From Candidatus Oxydemutatoraceae bacterium (GTDB lineage: Bacteria > Pseudomonadota > Gammaproteobacteria > Poriferisulfidales > Oxydemutatoraceae): 64,000 bases of DNA. The stretch is taken from the NCBI GenBank assembly GCA_965219575.1, contig OZ244779.1, positions 1,068,769-1,132,768 on the forward strand. Reading direction: 5' to 3'. Under the pieces are notes generated by a model that was not told the origin of the DNA, did not search any database, and saw nothing but the letters and a program-made list of their open reading frames with translations. Shown here piece after piece: positions 51,191-59,944 of the stretch. The first letter of the stretch is position 1. Each line of letters starts with the position of its first letter. The position numbers and the translations under genes are program-made.

Positions 51191-51749
51191 TATTAGCCAA
51201 TTTATCACCTAGTCGAATAATCAACTAACGGACATAAAGTAATCTTAGATATCTAGTTTCCTGAAGGTTTTATCGGCATCAAGGGTGACATTTCTACTTT
51301 GGTCAAGGGGGTGACATTTCTACTTTGGGTTGACATATCGGATTCCTGTTTTTGAGACGGATACCGCTATGGATGATACCTCGATCAATAAGGAAAAACG
51401 CGCTGTGGGTCATATATCTTTTCAGGAAAGTTGGTTCAACGGACAAGGTTTGAATCCGGAATACTGCATCATCGTACAAATCCTAGATCACTCGATGGAA
51501 CCCACCATAGCAACTCACTCAATGGTTTTGGTAGACCTTTCACGATACCGCCGACGGCAGGAGCGTATCTATGCAATACGCATCGGCGATAATCTCATTG
51601 TCAGGCGGCTTAGCAAAAACAAAGATAAATGGCAGTTAGTCGCCGACCACCCGAAATCAAAGCCGGAACCTTTTCCGAGTTCTGCGGAGATTATCGGAGA
51701 AGTCAGATGGATGGCAAAAACCTTCGGCTAAGCACTTTAGCTGCATAGC

Positions 51750-52097
51750 ACGGTGGTTGTGTCGTGGGGCTGTTGAAAAAGTACCGTCAGTGTGCAACCG
51801 TAACCGCTTGCGCCGTAAATTTATAATAACCACAAAGCCGTAGGGGCAGACCTGTGTGTCTGCCCTAAAGTACCGTTCTGCACGACACCAACCGCTTGCG
51901 CCGTATGGTTTTGGCTTCCATAAATTGGATGAATGAATGTATAAATCGTGCAGGCGCAACGCGTTACGGGCGGACATAATAATTGCCGATTGACCTACTG
52001 GCTCAATCGGCGGCTTTATATTGCCGATTGACCTACTGGCTCAATCGGCGGCTTTATACTGCCCCTACCACTCTATGAAATACTTTTTCAACAGCCC
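51750..52097. repeat. IR-bounded element (51766-52097) with REP doublet; second REP carries two tandem hairpin inserts
   Basis: REPs 51840-51865 and 51968-52068; 38-bp unit at 51982 and 52020. Confidence 0.93.
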
Positions 52098-52162
52098 TAT
52101 ATCTTTTATTTTTAGCGCACCTCCGCATTGAGTTTGATAGTATCGTATGATACTATCAAACT

Positions 52163-53160
52163 ATGCCTTCCAAATCGAATAAACCGCCGTATCGTGTCAC
52201 CGACGAGGCAATCCGTCTGGTTGCAGAAATTTCCGAGCTATTGGGTGAATTAGGCGCAACGACCTTTAAGAAACCTTTGGTTGAATTGCGCAAAAAGAAT
52301 CGCATCCGCACAATTAAGTCCACCTTGGCTATTGAAGGACATTCTTTTAACGAGACTCAAGTTACCGCAGTGTTAGAAAAAAAAGGGTGATAGGAACGAG
52401 AAAAGAAATACTGGAGGTTCAAAACGCACTTCGCCTATACGAAGCGATGGATCAATTCAGGTCTTGTAAAGTTAAAGATTTTCTTCGTGCGCATAAAATT
52501 TTAATGAAAGGACTACTACCGGATGCCGGGCATTACCGCACGAGGAATGTCGGTATCTTTGATAAGCAAGAGGTCAAACATGCAGCCCCTAAACCATCGT
52601 TTGTTCCACAACTCATGAATCGTTTGTTTGAGTGGATAAAAGGCGCAAATAAAATACATCCGCTAGTCTTGGGTTCGGTTGTTCATTACGAGATAGAATT
52701 TATCCATCCTTTTGAAGACGGAAACGGAAGGATAGGGCGGTTCTGGCAAGGGCTCATCCTGAAAGAATTTAATACATTTTTCAGGTATGTTCCGATTGAA
52801 AGCCTCATAGAGAAAAATCAAAAAAAATACTACGCCACTTTGAAAGCAGCCGATAAAGAGGGTAATTCAACCGTGTTTATGGAATTTATGCTGCATATTA
52901 TAAAAGCAACCTTGCAAGAGATGTCTGTAGATATCATAGGTATAATCCATACGACCGAAGATCGCCTGAGAGTAGCCTGCCTGCATTTCAAAACCCAAGC
53001 CTTTGCGCGCAAAGATTATATGCAACTGTTCAAGAACATCTCTAGTGCAACCGCCAGCCGCGATCTAAAAGAAGGTGTAAAGAACGGCAGGCTTGAGCCT
53101 ATCGGCCGGAGAAATCAAAGCCGATATCAGGCTGTTGACAAAGTATTTTATGAACCGTAG
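52163..53160 (+). pseudogene. Fic-domain protein, frameshifted in A8 run (52377-52384)
   Basis: STLAIEG, HPFEDGNGRIGR, TASRDL HTH; one extra A joins LEKK-RVIG. Confidence 0.85.
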
Positions 53161-53740
53161 GGACAGAATAGAGTTGCGTGTCTGCATAAGTATAGTGTAG
53201 GTGTATTCCCCTCCTGTGGAGGGGTGGCCTATGCATTTTGCAATGCACGCGTTTAGCAGTCATGTTGAGGCTCTGAACAAAGTCACGCCGATTGACCTAC
53301 TGGTTCAATCGGCGGTTCTATTTAGTCTGACGGGGTAGTCGCGTCGTGGGGCTGTTGAAAAAGTATCGCCAGCGTGCAACCGTAACCGTTTGCGCCATGA
53401 ATTTATAATAACCACCAAGCCGTAGGGGCAGACCTGTGTGTCTGCCCTTAAGTATCGTTCTGCACAGCCGGAACCACTTGCGCCAACAAATAATGGTTTC
53501 CATAATATTAATGGGTGAACGCGTTAATCGTGCAAACATGATACGTTACGGACGGACATGCCAGTCCGCCCCTACGGCGGTTTGTAAATATTTACGGCGC
53601 AAGCGGTTGAGTTTGAGCGATGCCCGCACTTTTTCAACAGTCGCGTCGTATTTGCACGATTTATACATCCATCCAATTTATGGAAACCAAAACCAAATGG
53701 CGCAAGCGGTTAGATTTTTGAGATGCCAGTACTTTTTCGA
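53130..53740. repeat. Composite repeat locus: long CCCCTCC-family copy plus IR-bounded element 53348-53644
   Basis: GTCGT on both flanks; REPs at 53422 (+) and 53550-53575 (-). Confidence 0.92.
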
Positions 53741-53800
53741 TGCCATTTCTTTTGAAATTTTTTTATATCATACTCCTAATTTATCGTGTAAAATGGGAGT

Positions 53801-54961
53801 ATGATATCGAGAATCTTAAAACCTGGCTCAAAAGATAGCTTTTTTCTATTTGGCGCAAGGGGCGTAGGAAAATCCTTTCTCCTTGAACATAAATTCAAGA
53901 AAAGCGCATGCTTATGGATAGATTTTTTAGACTTTGAAGAAGAGCAAGCCTTTCGCCGGAATCCCAATGAACTATCTTATAGATTGTCCAAAGGTAGCTA
54001 TCGCAGGGTTGTTATCGATGAAATTCAAAAAGTGCCTAAACTTTTGGATATCGTTCAAAAGGAGATGGGAAAGAATCCTAAAATCCAATTCATCATGACC
54101 GGTTCCAGTGCAAGAAAACTTAAAAGAGATCAAAGCAACCTGCTTGCCGGAAGAGCATTTACCTATCATCTTTATCCGTTAACCACCTTTGAATTAAAAA
54201 ACAACTTTGACCTCACCGAAGTACTAAACTTCGGTAGCTTGCCGGGATTGCTGGAGAAAAAATCAAAGGCTCGGAAAAGCGAGTTTTTAAGAAGTTATGT
54301 GCATACCTATATGAAAGAGGAGATAAGAGTAGAGCAACTGATAAGAAACTTCGATCCTTTTCAAACATTTCTTGAGGTCGCCGCACAACAAAACGGAAAA
54401 ATTATCAATTACTCTAATATCGCCGACGATGTGCAGGTGAACCATAAAACGGTGGCGAGCTACTTCACAATTCTCGAGGATACATTATTAGGTTTTATGT
54501 TGCCGTCGTACCATAAATCCATCAGAAAACAACAGCGTAAATCTCCTAAATTCTATTTCTTCGATACCGGGCTAAAGAAAGCTCTGGATAGAACCTTAAA
54601 CTTTGATCTTAGCGAAGGGACCTATGCTTTCGGAGCAGCCTTCGAGCATTGGGTTATCGCCGAGTGTTTTCGTCTCAACGCATACTTGAGAAAAGATTTT
54701 AAGTTTTCGTATCTTAGAACCAAGGACGGAGTGGAGATAGATCTGATTATAGAAAGACCCATGCAAAAAGATCTTCTGGTCGAGATAAAGTCTTCCGGAC
54801 AAATCAAAGACAAACATACGACGCATCTTTGTGCCTTTCAAAAAGACTGGAAGCCCGGCGGTATAAGCCAGATTTGGTCGTTGGATAAAAACGAAAAAAA
54901 TATCAAAGGGGTGGATTGTTTATTTTGGAAAAATGCGCTTAAAAGAATATTCATAGAGTAG
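53801..54961 (+). CDS. AAA ATPase with DUF4143 domain
   Basis: GARGVGKS, IDEIQK, TGSSARKL, LLAGRA, PKFYFFDTG, EIDLII..VEIKS. Confidence 0.9.
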   Translation: MISRILKPGSKDSFFLFGARGVGKSFLLEHKFKKSACLWIDFLDFEEEQAFRRNPNELSYRLSKGSYRRVVIDEIQKVPKLLDIVQKEMGKNPKIQFIMTGSSARKLKRDQSNLLAGRAFTYHLYPLTTFELKNNFDLTEVLNFGSLPGLLEKKSKARKSEFLRSYVHTYMKEEIRVEQLIRNFDPFQTFLEVAAQQNGKIINYSNIADDVQVNHKTVASYFTILEDTLLGFMLPSYHKSIRKQQRKSPKFYFFDTGLKKALDRTLNFDLSEGTYAFGAAFEHWVIAECFRLNAYLRKDFKFSYLRTKDGVEIDLIIERPMQKDLLVEIKSSGQIKDKHTTHLCAFQKDWKPGGISQIWSLDKNEKNIKGVDCLFWKNALKRIFIE

Positions 54962-54989
54962 AATTTGCGAACCACCTATAGAGATGCGC

Positions 54990-55390
54990 CATTCCCTTCG
55001 TTGTAGGGGTGGCCTATGCATTTTGCAATGCATGCGTTTAGCAGTCATGTTGAGGTTCTGAACAAAGTCACGCCGATTGACCTACTGGTTCAATCGGCGT
55101 TTCTATTCAGCCTGATGGGGTGGTTGCAGCGTGGGGCTGTTGAAAAAGTATCGCCAGCGTGCAACCGTAACCGTTTGCGCCATGAATTTATACAAACCGC
55201 CGTAGGGGCGGACTGGCATGTCCGCCCTAAAGTGTCGTTCTGCACAGCCGTAATCGCTTGCGCCGTATGGTTTTGGTTTCCATAAATTAACTGGTGTACG
55301 ATTTTATTTGTGCAAACGCAGTGCGTTTCGAGAAGGTATGTTATCTCCCTACGGTTCATAAAATACTTTTTCAACGGCTCCGTCGTATCT
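54990..55390. repeat. Composite repeat locus (long CCCCTCC copy, IR at 55133, REP at 55202-55227, IR ~55381)
   Basis: Near-identical to 53206-53470 over much of its length. Confidence 0.9.
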
Positions 55391-55454
55391 GCACAAGCAC
55401 GGTGTCTGCCCATTCCCTTACTGTGGCGGGTGCAATAGCCCCACGTTCTTGGCA

Positions 55455-56033
55455 TTAGTTCACAAAAAGCACGACCACACTGAGAATAGAACATACCGAA
55501 ACAAAAATGCCGATAGCGAGCCCAACACCCCATTTATAAATGTTATCTCTCAATTTAGATTGTTCTCTTAAGATGTCATCTCTCAATTTAGATTGTTCTC
55601 TTAAGATGTCATCTCGCAATTTAGATTGTTCTCTTGCAATGGTCGCAATGTCCTTTTTCATTTCTACAATATCGGTTTTTATATTCAAGATGTCGGTTTT
55701 CATAACCGCCATCTCAACTTCAACATTGTTTAGTCTCAGTTCTATATTTTTTATATCGGCTTTCATATCTACGATGTCGGCTTCAATATTGTTTAGTCTC
55801 AGTTTCATGCTTTCTATATCGGCTTTCATGTCTGCCATCTCGGCTTTCATGTCTACGATATCGGCTTCAACATTGCTTAGTCTTAGATCTATACTTTCCA
55901 TATATAAACCTGCCTTGTCCGATTGTGGGGGATGTGTTTCCGATTCTAGAAAGTCTAGCGTTGACTTCATTTCGAGCACCATTTTGTAAATAGTTTCAAT
56001 CGTTAAGTTATCTACATTTTCTATATTTTCCAT
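55455..56033 (-). CDS. Coiled-coil repeat protein with C-terminal TM anchor (DUF1640/Bdr-like architecture)
   Basis: RBS agaggt; heptad repeats IVDMKADI; three 33-bp repeats (REQSKLRDDIL) at 55545, 55578, 55611; WGVGLAIG TM. Confidence 0.75.
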   Translation of the reverse strand: MENIENVDNLTIETIYKMVLEMKSTLDFLESETHPPQSDKAGLYMESIDLRLSNVEADIVDMKAEMADMKADIESMKLRLNNIEADIVDMKADIKNIELRLNNVEVEMAVMKTDILNIKTDIVEMKKDIATIAREQSKLRDDILREQSKLRDDILREQSKLRDNIYKWGVGLAIGIFVSVCSILSVVVLFVN

Positions 56034-56438
56034 TTTTAACCTCTTTAAGTTGAATTATAAGAAAGAGCCTGCGTTATAGCAAGCCGTCTAATCGCAATCG
56101 GATTATAAATTCGGCTAGAGGGTGCTGTTTCGCGTTTCCGACGAACGGTATCAAAAATATGGATGAACTTGCAGAAGCCATTGATTGAGGTCATAGGTTA
56201 ATCGGCCGATACCATCTTTCAACGGCTCCAGCGTATCTGCACCATTCCAATCGCTACCCACCAATATGGCAAGTGATGCGACTTTCTGCTACGATAGCCG
56301 TTTATACCGAACAGGAGAAGCAATGAAAGATGTTATAGATAAGGAATTATTCGGATGGATCCCACTCTACGAAGGAATAGCCGACCCTTTTAGAGGTCGT
56401 CGGAGAAGAGCCATCGGCGGAACCAAAGCCGAAGAAAG

Positions 56439-57664
56439 ATGAGTAGCTATCTTTTTGAGGGGAAGTTTATTACGAAGCTACGCGCTTCTAATCCTAGACG
56501 TACACCGGACGAAAGCCGGACCGACAAGGCGACTATTCGTAACAAATCTAACGGCTATTACAGCTGGAAGTTACTTTCGGACGGCGATTCCTACGAGGAA
56601 TATATAAAGAAGGGCGGTCGTCCTAAAGATCTACGCTGTGACTACGACCGCGATCGTATCGCCTTAAGCGATACGAGAGAAGAAGCCTTAGCTAAAGCTC
56701 TTCCGCAGGCGGAAGCCGAAGATGTAGCCGAAGAGGAAACCGAATATAAGCCTGATGATCTGCCCGATTCGGATGAACTCTATGGGGTTGACGACATCGT
56801 TAAAAACGGTTGCTTTATGACTCGTGCAGAATTGGAGAACATTCTCGGACCGCTACGAAGCAAAAAAACATCGTTCTACAAGGTCCTCCCGGCACCGGAA
56901 AAACATGGCTAGCCAAACGGTTGGCGTATGCTTTGATGGGGGTCAAAGATAGCGATAAATTAAAAGCCGTACAATTCCATTCAAACATATCTTACGAAGA
57001 TTTTGTTATCGGATACCGCCCGTCGGGGGACGGAAAGTTGGAACTGAAGCACGGTCCATTTCTAGAGATGATAGACAAAGCCGAAAATGACGACAACAAT
57101 AACTATGTTGTCGTGATAGAAGAGATCAACAGGGGGAATCCCGCTCGGGTATTCGGAGAAATGTTAACCCTTCTGGAAGCCGATAAAAGAGAAGCGGGGG
57201 AAGCATTGCAACTGAGTTACGGCAAGGAAAAGGTGTTCGTACCACCCAATCTTTTCGTTATCGGCACCATGAACATTGCCGATCGCTCGTTGGCATTGGT
57301 TGATTTTGCTCTGCGTCGCAGGTTTGCTTTTATAGATCTGAAGCCTAATTTTGGAGATAAGTGGAAAAACTGGGTTCATGCGGAAATCGATATCCCCGAA
57401 GAATTTTTGGAAAAAATAGGACAGCGGATGAGAGAACTAAACGATACAATCGCAAATGCCTCCGGCTTGGGTGAACAATTTAAGATAGGGCATAGCTATT
57501 TGATACCGACCGGCAATACGATAGAAGCGGACTATAAAGGGAGTCATACGGCGTGGTATAGAGAGGTGATAAAAACCGAGATAGAACCGTTGCTTAGAGA
57601 ATATTGGTTTGATACACCGGAGACTGCCAAGAAGGAGGCGGAAAAACTTAGCGAAGGGATTTAG
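56439..57664 (+). pseudogene. mcrB: McrB-like GTPase, frameshifted in A7 run (56862-56868)
   Basis: KNIVLQGPPGTGKT, VQFH..SYEDFV, IEEINRG, GTMNIADRS, LRRRF. Confidence 0.88.
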
Positions 57665-58770
57665 TGGCAGTGTCGGCAACTGAGGCTATACTCATTGTAG
57701 GCAAGATTCCTATTCGCAATTTATAGCTACTGATATTCTACGCTTCCGACCTTCATCACCACGACGAGACGGCTAGAAAAAACCTCGAAGAGAATCCCGA
57801 CGACATTGCCGATATCGCGGCGGATATACTTTGCCATCATGTAGAGCGGCGGCTGAGGCGCAATCTGAGTTTTGGTTATCAAAATAAAGTTGCCGTTCTG
57901 AACAGAGTGCGAGGACGTATAGACCTGCTCTATACCGAGTCTCGTCAACTATTGAGCAAAGCCGAGGTCTGTTGCCGTTTTGCCGAACTGACCATTGATA
58001 CACCGCGCAATCGCTATGTGCATGCGGCATTGCAATATCTAGCCTCACTAAAACAGCTTGATAAAGAGCGAAAACACCAATGCCGTTTGCTCGCTATGCA
58101 ACTTGAAGCCATAGGTGTGGGACGGCAAAAACCACCCAACTATGGTGCGAGGAGCGAGCGTTTCGGCTTACACGACTACGCAGACAGAGCCATGCTATAC
58201 GCTGCCGACTTGGCATTTAGCTTAGCCTTGCCGACCGACATAGACGGCGACCATTACCTGCTATCTTCCGATAAAGATATCAGCTGGTTGCGAAAGTTAT
58301 TTGAGCGCGCAGTGCGCGGTTTCTATGCGATTAGACTTAAAGATATATGCGAGGTGAAATCGGAAAATTTGAAATGGGATAGGCAACAAGAAACCGATCA
58401 AATTAAAGACATCTTGCCGGAAATGCAAACCGACATAAGCATTAAAAATAAATCATCCGGCGAGTGTTTAATCATTGATACCAAGTTTAACGAAATAACC
58501 ACCAAAGGGTGGCATAGGGACAGGGCACTGCGCAACAGTTATATCTACCAAATATACGCTTATGTAAGAAGCCAAGAGCGATACGAAGATCCGTCATCGC
58601 GTTCAACGGCAGGGATGTTGTTGCATCCCTCGGTTGGCGAAGATTACAACGAATCGGTTACTATTCAAGGACACGAGTTCAAGTTCTGCACCGTCGATCT
58701 CGCAGCCGAGGCAAAGCAGATAACTGCCCGATTATTGGATCTGCTACCCGCACATTTTAGGGAAGTGTGA
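57664..58770 (+). pseudogene. mcrC: McrC-like nuclease subunit with in-frame TAG at 57724-57726
   Basis: IPIRNL*LLIFYAS, RGRID, MQTDI, IIDTKF, YQIYAY, GMLLHP. Confidence 0.85.
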
Positions 58771-58821
58771 ACGATACGCGAGGCGCATATCGTTTAACCG
58801 CCGTTAATTTTGAGTTAATTT

Positions 58822-58876
58822 GTAGGGGCAGACTTATATGTCTGCCCGCTTTATAGCGCATGGAATACTTTTTCAA
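58822..58876. repeat. Single REP plus right IR fragment
   Basis: gtaggggcagacttatatgtctgccc...aatacttttttcaa. Confidence 0.8.
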
Positions 58877-59166
58877 TGATCGGATGTAGATTGTTTGTCT
58901 CTGTTCTTGAGGCGATCTCTGAGGTCTATGAAAGAATTTATTAATTTCATAAAAGCATTGATGAGCTTTACGAGGAAGAGTACTATGGTCAGAACCAACA
59001 GAACCAACCCACCGGCATAATAGATGGGGTCTTCTATTACTAAACTTCCCCAAGCTATTGCCATCACGACACCTCCCAGTATCATTAGCAATATGAGTTC
59101 GGCTAAGTTACCGTTCTCTTTCCATGTTGTCGATTGAAATCGATCAGAGTCTACCGAAACAGTCAT
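58873..59166 (-). CDS. Small hypothetical membrane protein (2 TM)
   Basis: RBS gaggg, two hydrophobic helices, basic tail. Confidence 0.55.
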   Translation of the reverse strand: MTVSVDSDRFQSTTWKENGNLAELILLMILGGVVMAIAWGSLVIEDPIYYAGGLVLLVLTIVLFLVKLINAFMKLINSFIDLRDRLKNRDKQSTSDH

Positions 59167-59231
59167 ATCAAATTTCCCTCAAAGTGTTATCACATAAGAC
59201 CTATCGTAGCACAAGACATTATCCATACCGG

Positions 59232-59939
59232 CTAGAACAAAAGAGCAAGACCGAGGGTGCCGATAAAAGCACCACTATCTTCGTCGTTGCTTCGGGCAAT
59301 AGACGAGGTCTCTCCGAGTTTGCGTTCGTATTTAATTTCCAAGTAGGGTGCGACAGAACGCGCAATCTCGTAGCGCGTTTGTATGCCGAGTTCAATGCTT
59401 GAAAAACCCGCACCTATATCTAGCTCCGACACATCTTGTGCGTAAAGTTCTATTTCAAAATAAGGTTCTGCGATAAGTCTTTGCGTGAACAGAAGTTCGT
59501 TTTCCTGTCGAAGGCGCGCGCTAAAGTCGCCGTCTTCACTAACAAACAAATGTGCTTCGGTCTCAAAGAAATAGGGTGCCAATCCGTCAAAGCCGACCAC
59601 TGCATAGGTCAATGAACGGGGTTGGGTATCGTGCCGTACGCCGACTTGAAAATCCCAAAAGCTAGAGATATTGCGGCTATACATCGCCCAAAACTCGGCT
59701 TGTTCGGTTTCGCTGTCGCTACGCTCACCCTCGGATTTAAGCCATAGTTTATTTTCGTCGGTGCCGATCCAGCCGTCAAAATCCCAGTCGGAAAAATTAC
59801 TACCGTCGTCGGTTGCACCGATACCTATTTCCAAGTCAAAAGTATGGAATGTGCCACCGCCGTGTGCATCGTCGGCATGAACTAAAGGAAAAGATAAGAT
59901 CGTCGCCAAGCCGGCAACGCTCATATATTTAATGAACAT
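59232..59939 (-). CDS. copB: Copper resistance outer-membrane protein B
   Basis: DGWIG.DENKLWLKSEGE, FWDFQVGVRHD, GLAPYFFE, RYEI...APY. Confidence 0.92.
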   Translation of the reverse strand: MFIKYMSVAGLATILSFPLVHADDAHGGGTFHTFDLEIGIGATDDGSNFSDWDFDGWIGTDENKLWLKSEGERSDSETEQAEFWAMYSRNISSFWDFQVGVRHDTQPRSLTYAVVGFDGLAPYFFETEAHLFVSEDGDFSARLRQENELLFTQRLIAEPYFEIELYAQDVSELDIGAGFSSIELGIQTRYEIARSVAPYLEIKYERKLGETSSIARSNDEDSGAFIGTLGLALLF

Positions 59940-59944
59940 CGTTT

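Larger units (their letters stand above)
49420..51335 (+). mobile_element. IS1202-type (formerly ISNCY) insertion sequence, 1916 bp, 15-bp target duplication
   Basis: TGT...ACA ends, each with two copies of caaagtagaaatgtcacc; tatcggattcctgtt at 49405-49419 and 51336-51350. Confidence 0.92.
49042..51731 (+). pseudogene. CI/LexA-like HTH-S24 regulator interrupted by IS (49042-49419 + 51351-51731, ~252 aa when rejoined)
   Basis: N-terminal HTH; removing the IS and one direct repeat rejoins ...YRIPV-FETD... in frame; SMEPTI and IIGEVRW S24 motifs. Confidence 0.88.

Noticed and set aside
50729-51196. 155-aa ORF inside the IS
   Set aside because: Out of frame with the true transposase tail and simply reads through the 135-bp duplication
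49042-51731. Prophage suggested by the CI-like gene
   Set aside because: No integrase, structural, replication or lysis genes in the window
55540-55989. 149-aa antisense ORF over the coiled-coil gene, and other long antisense ORFs in gyrA and mfd
   Set aside because: Shadow ORFs from codon periodicity of the real gene on the opposite strand
57724-57726. Stop-codon recoding at the mcrC TAG
   Set aside because: TAG is a normal stop in other genes here, the site fits a TGG-to-TAG change, and mcrB is also broken
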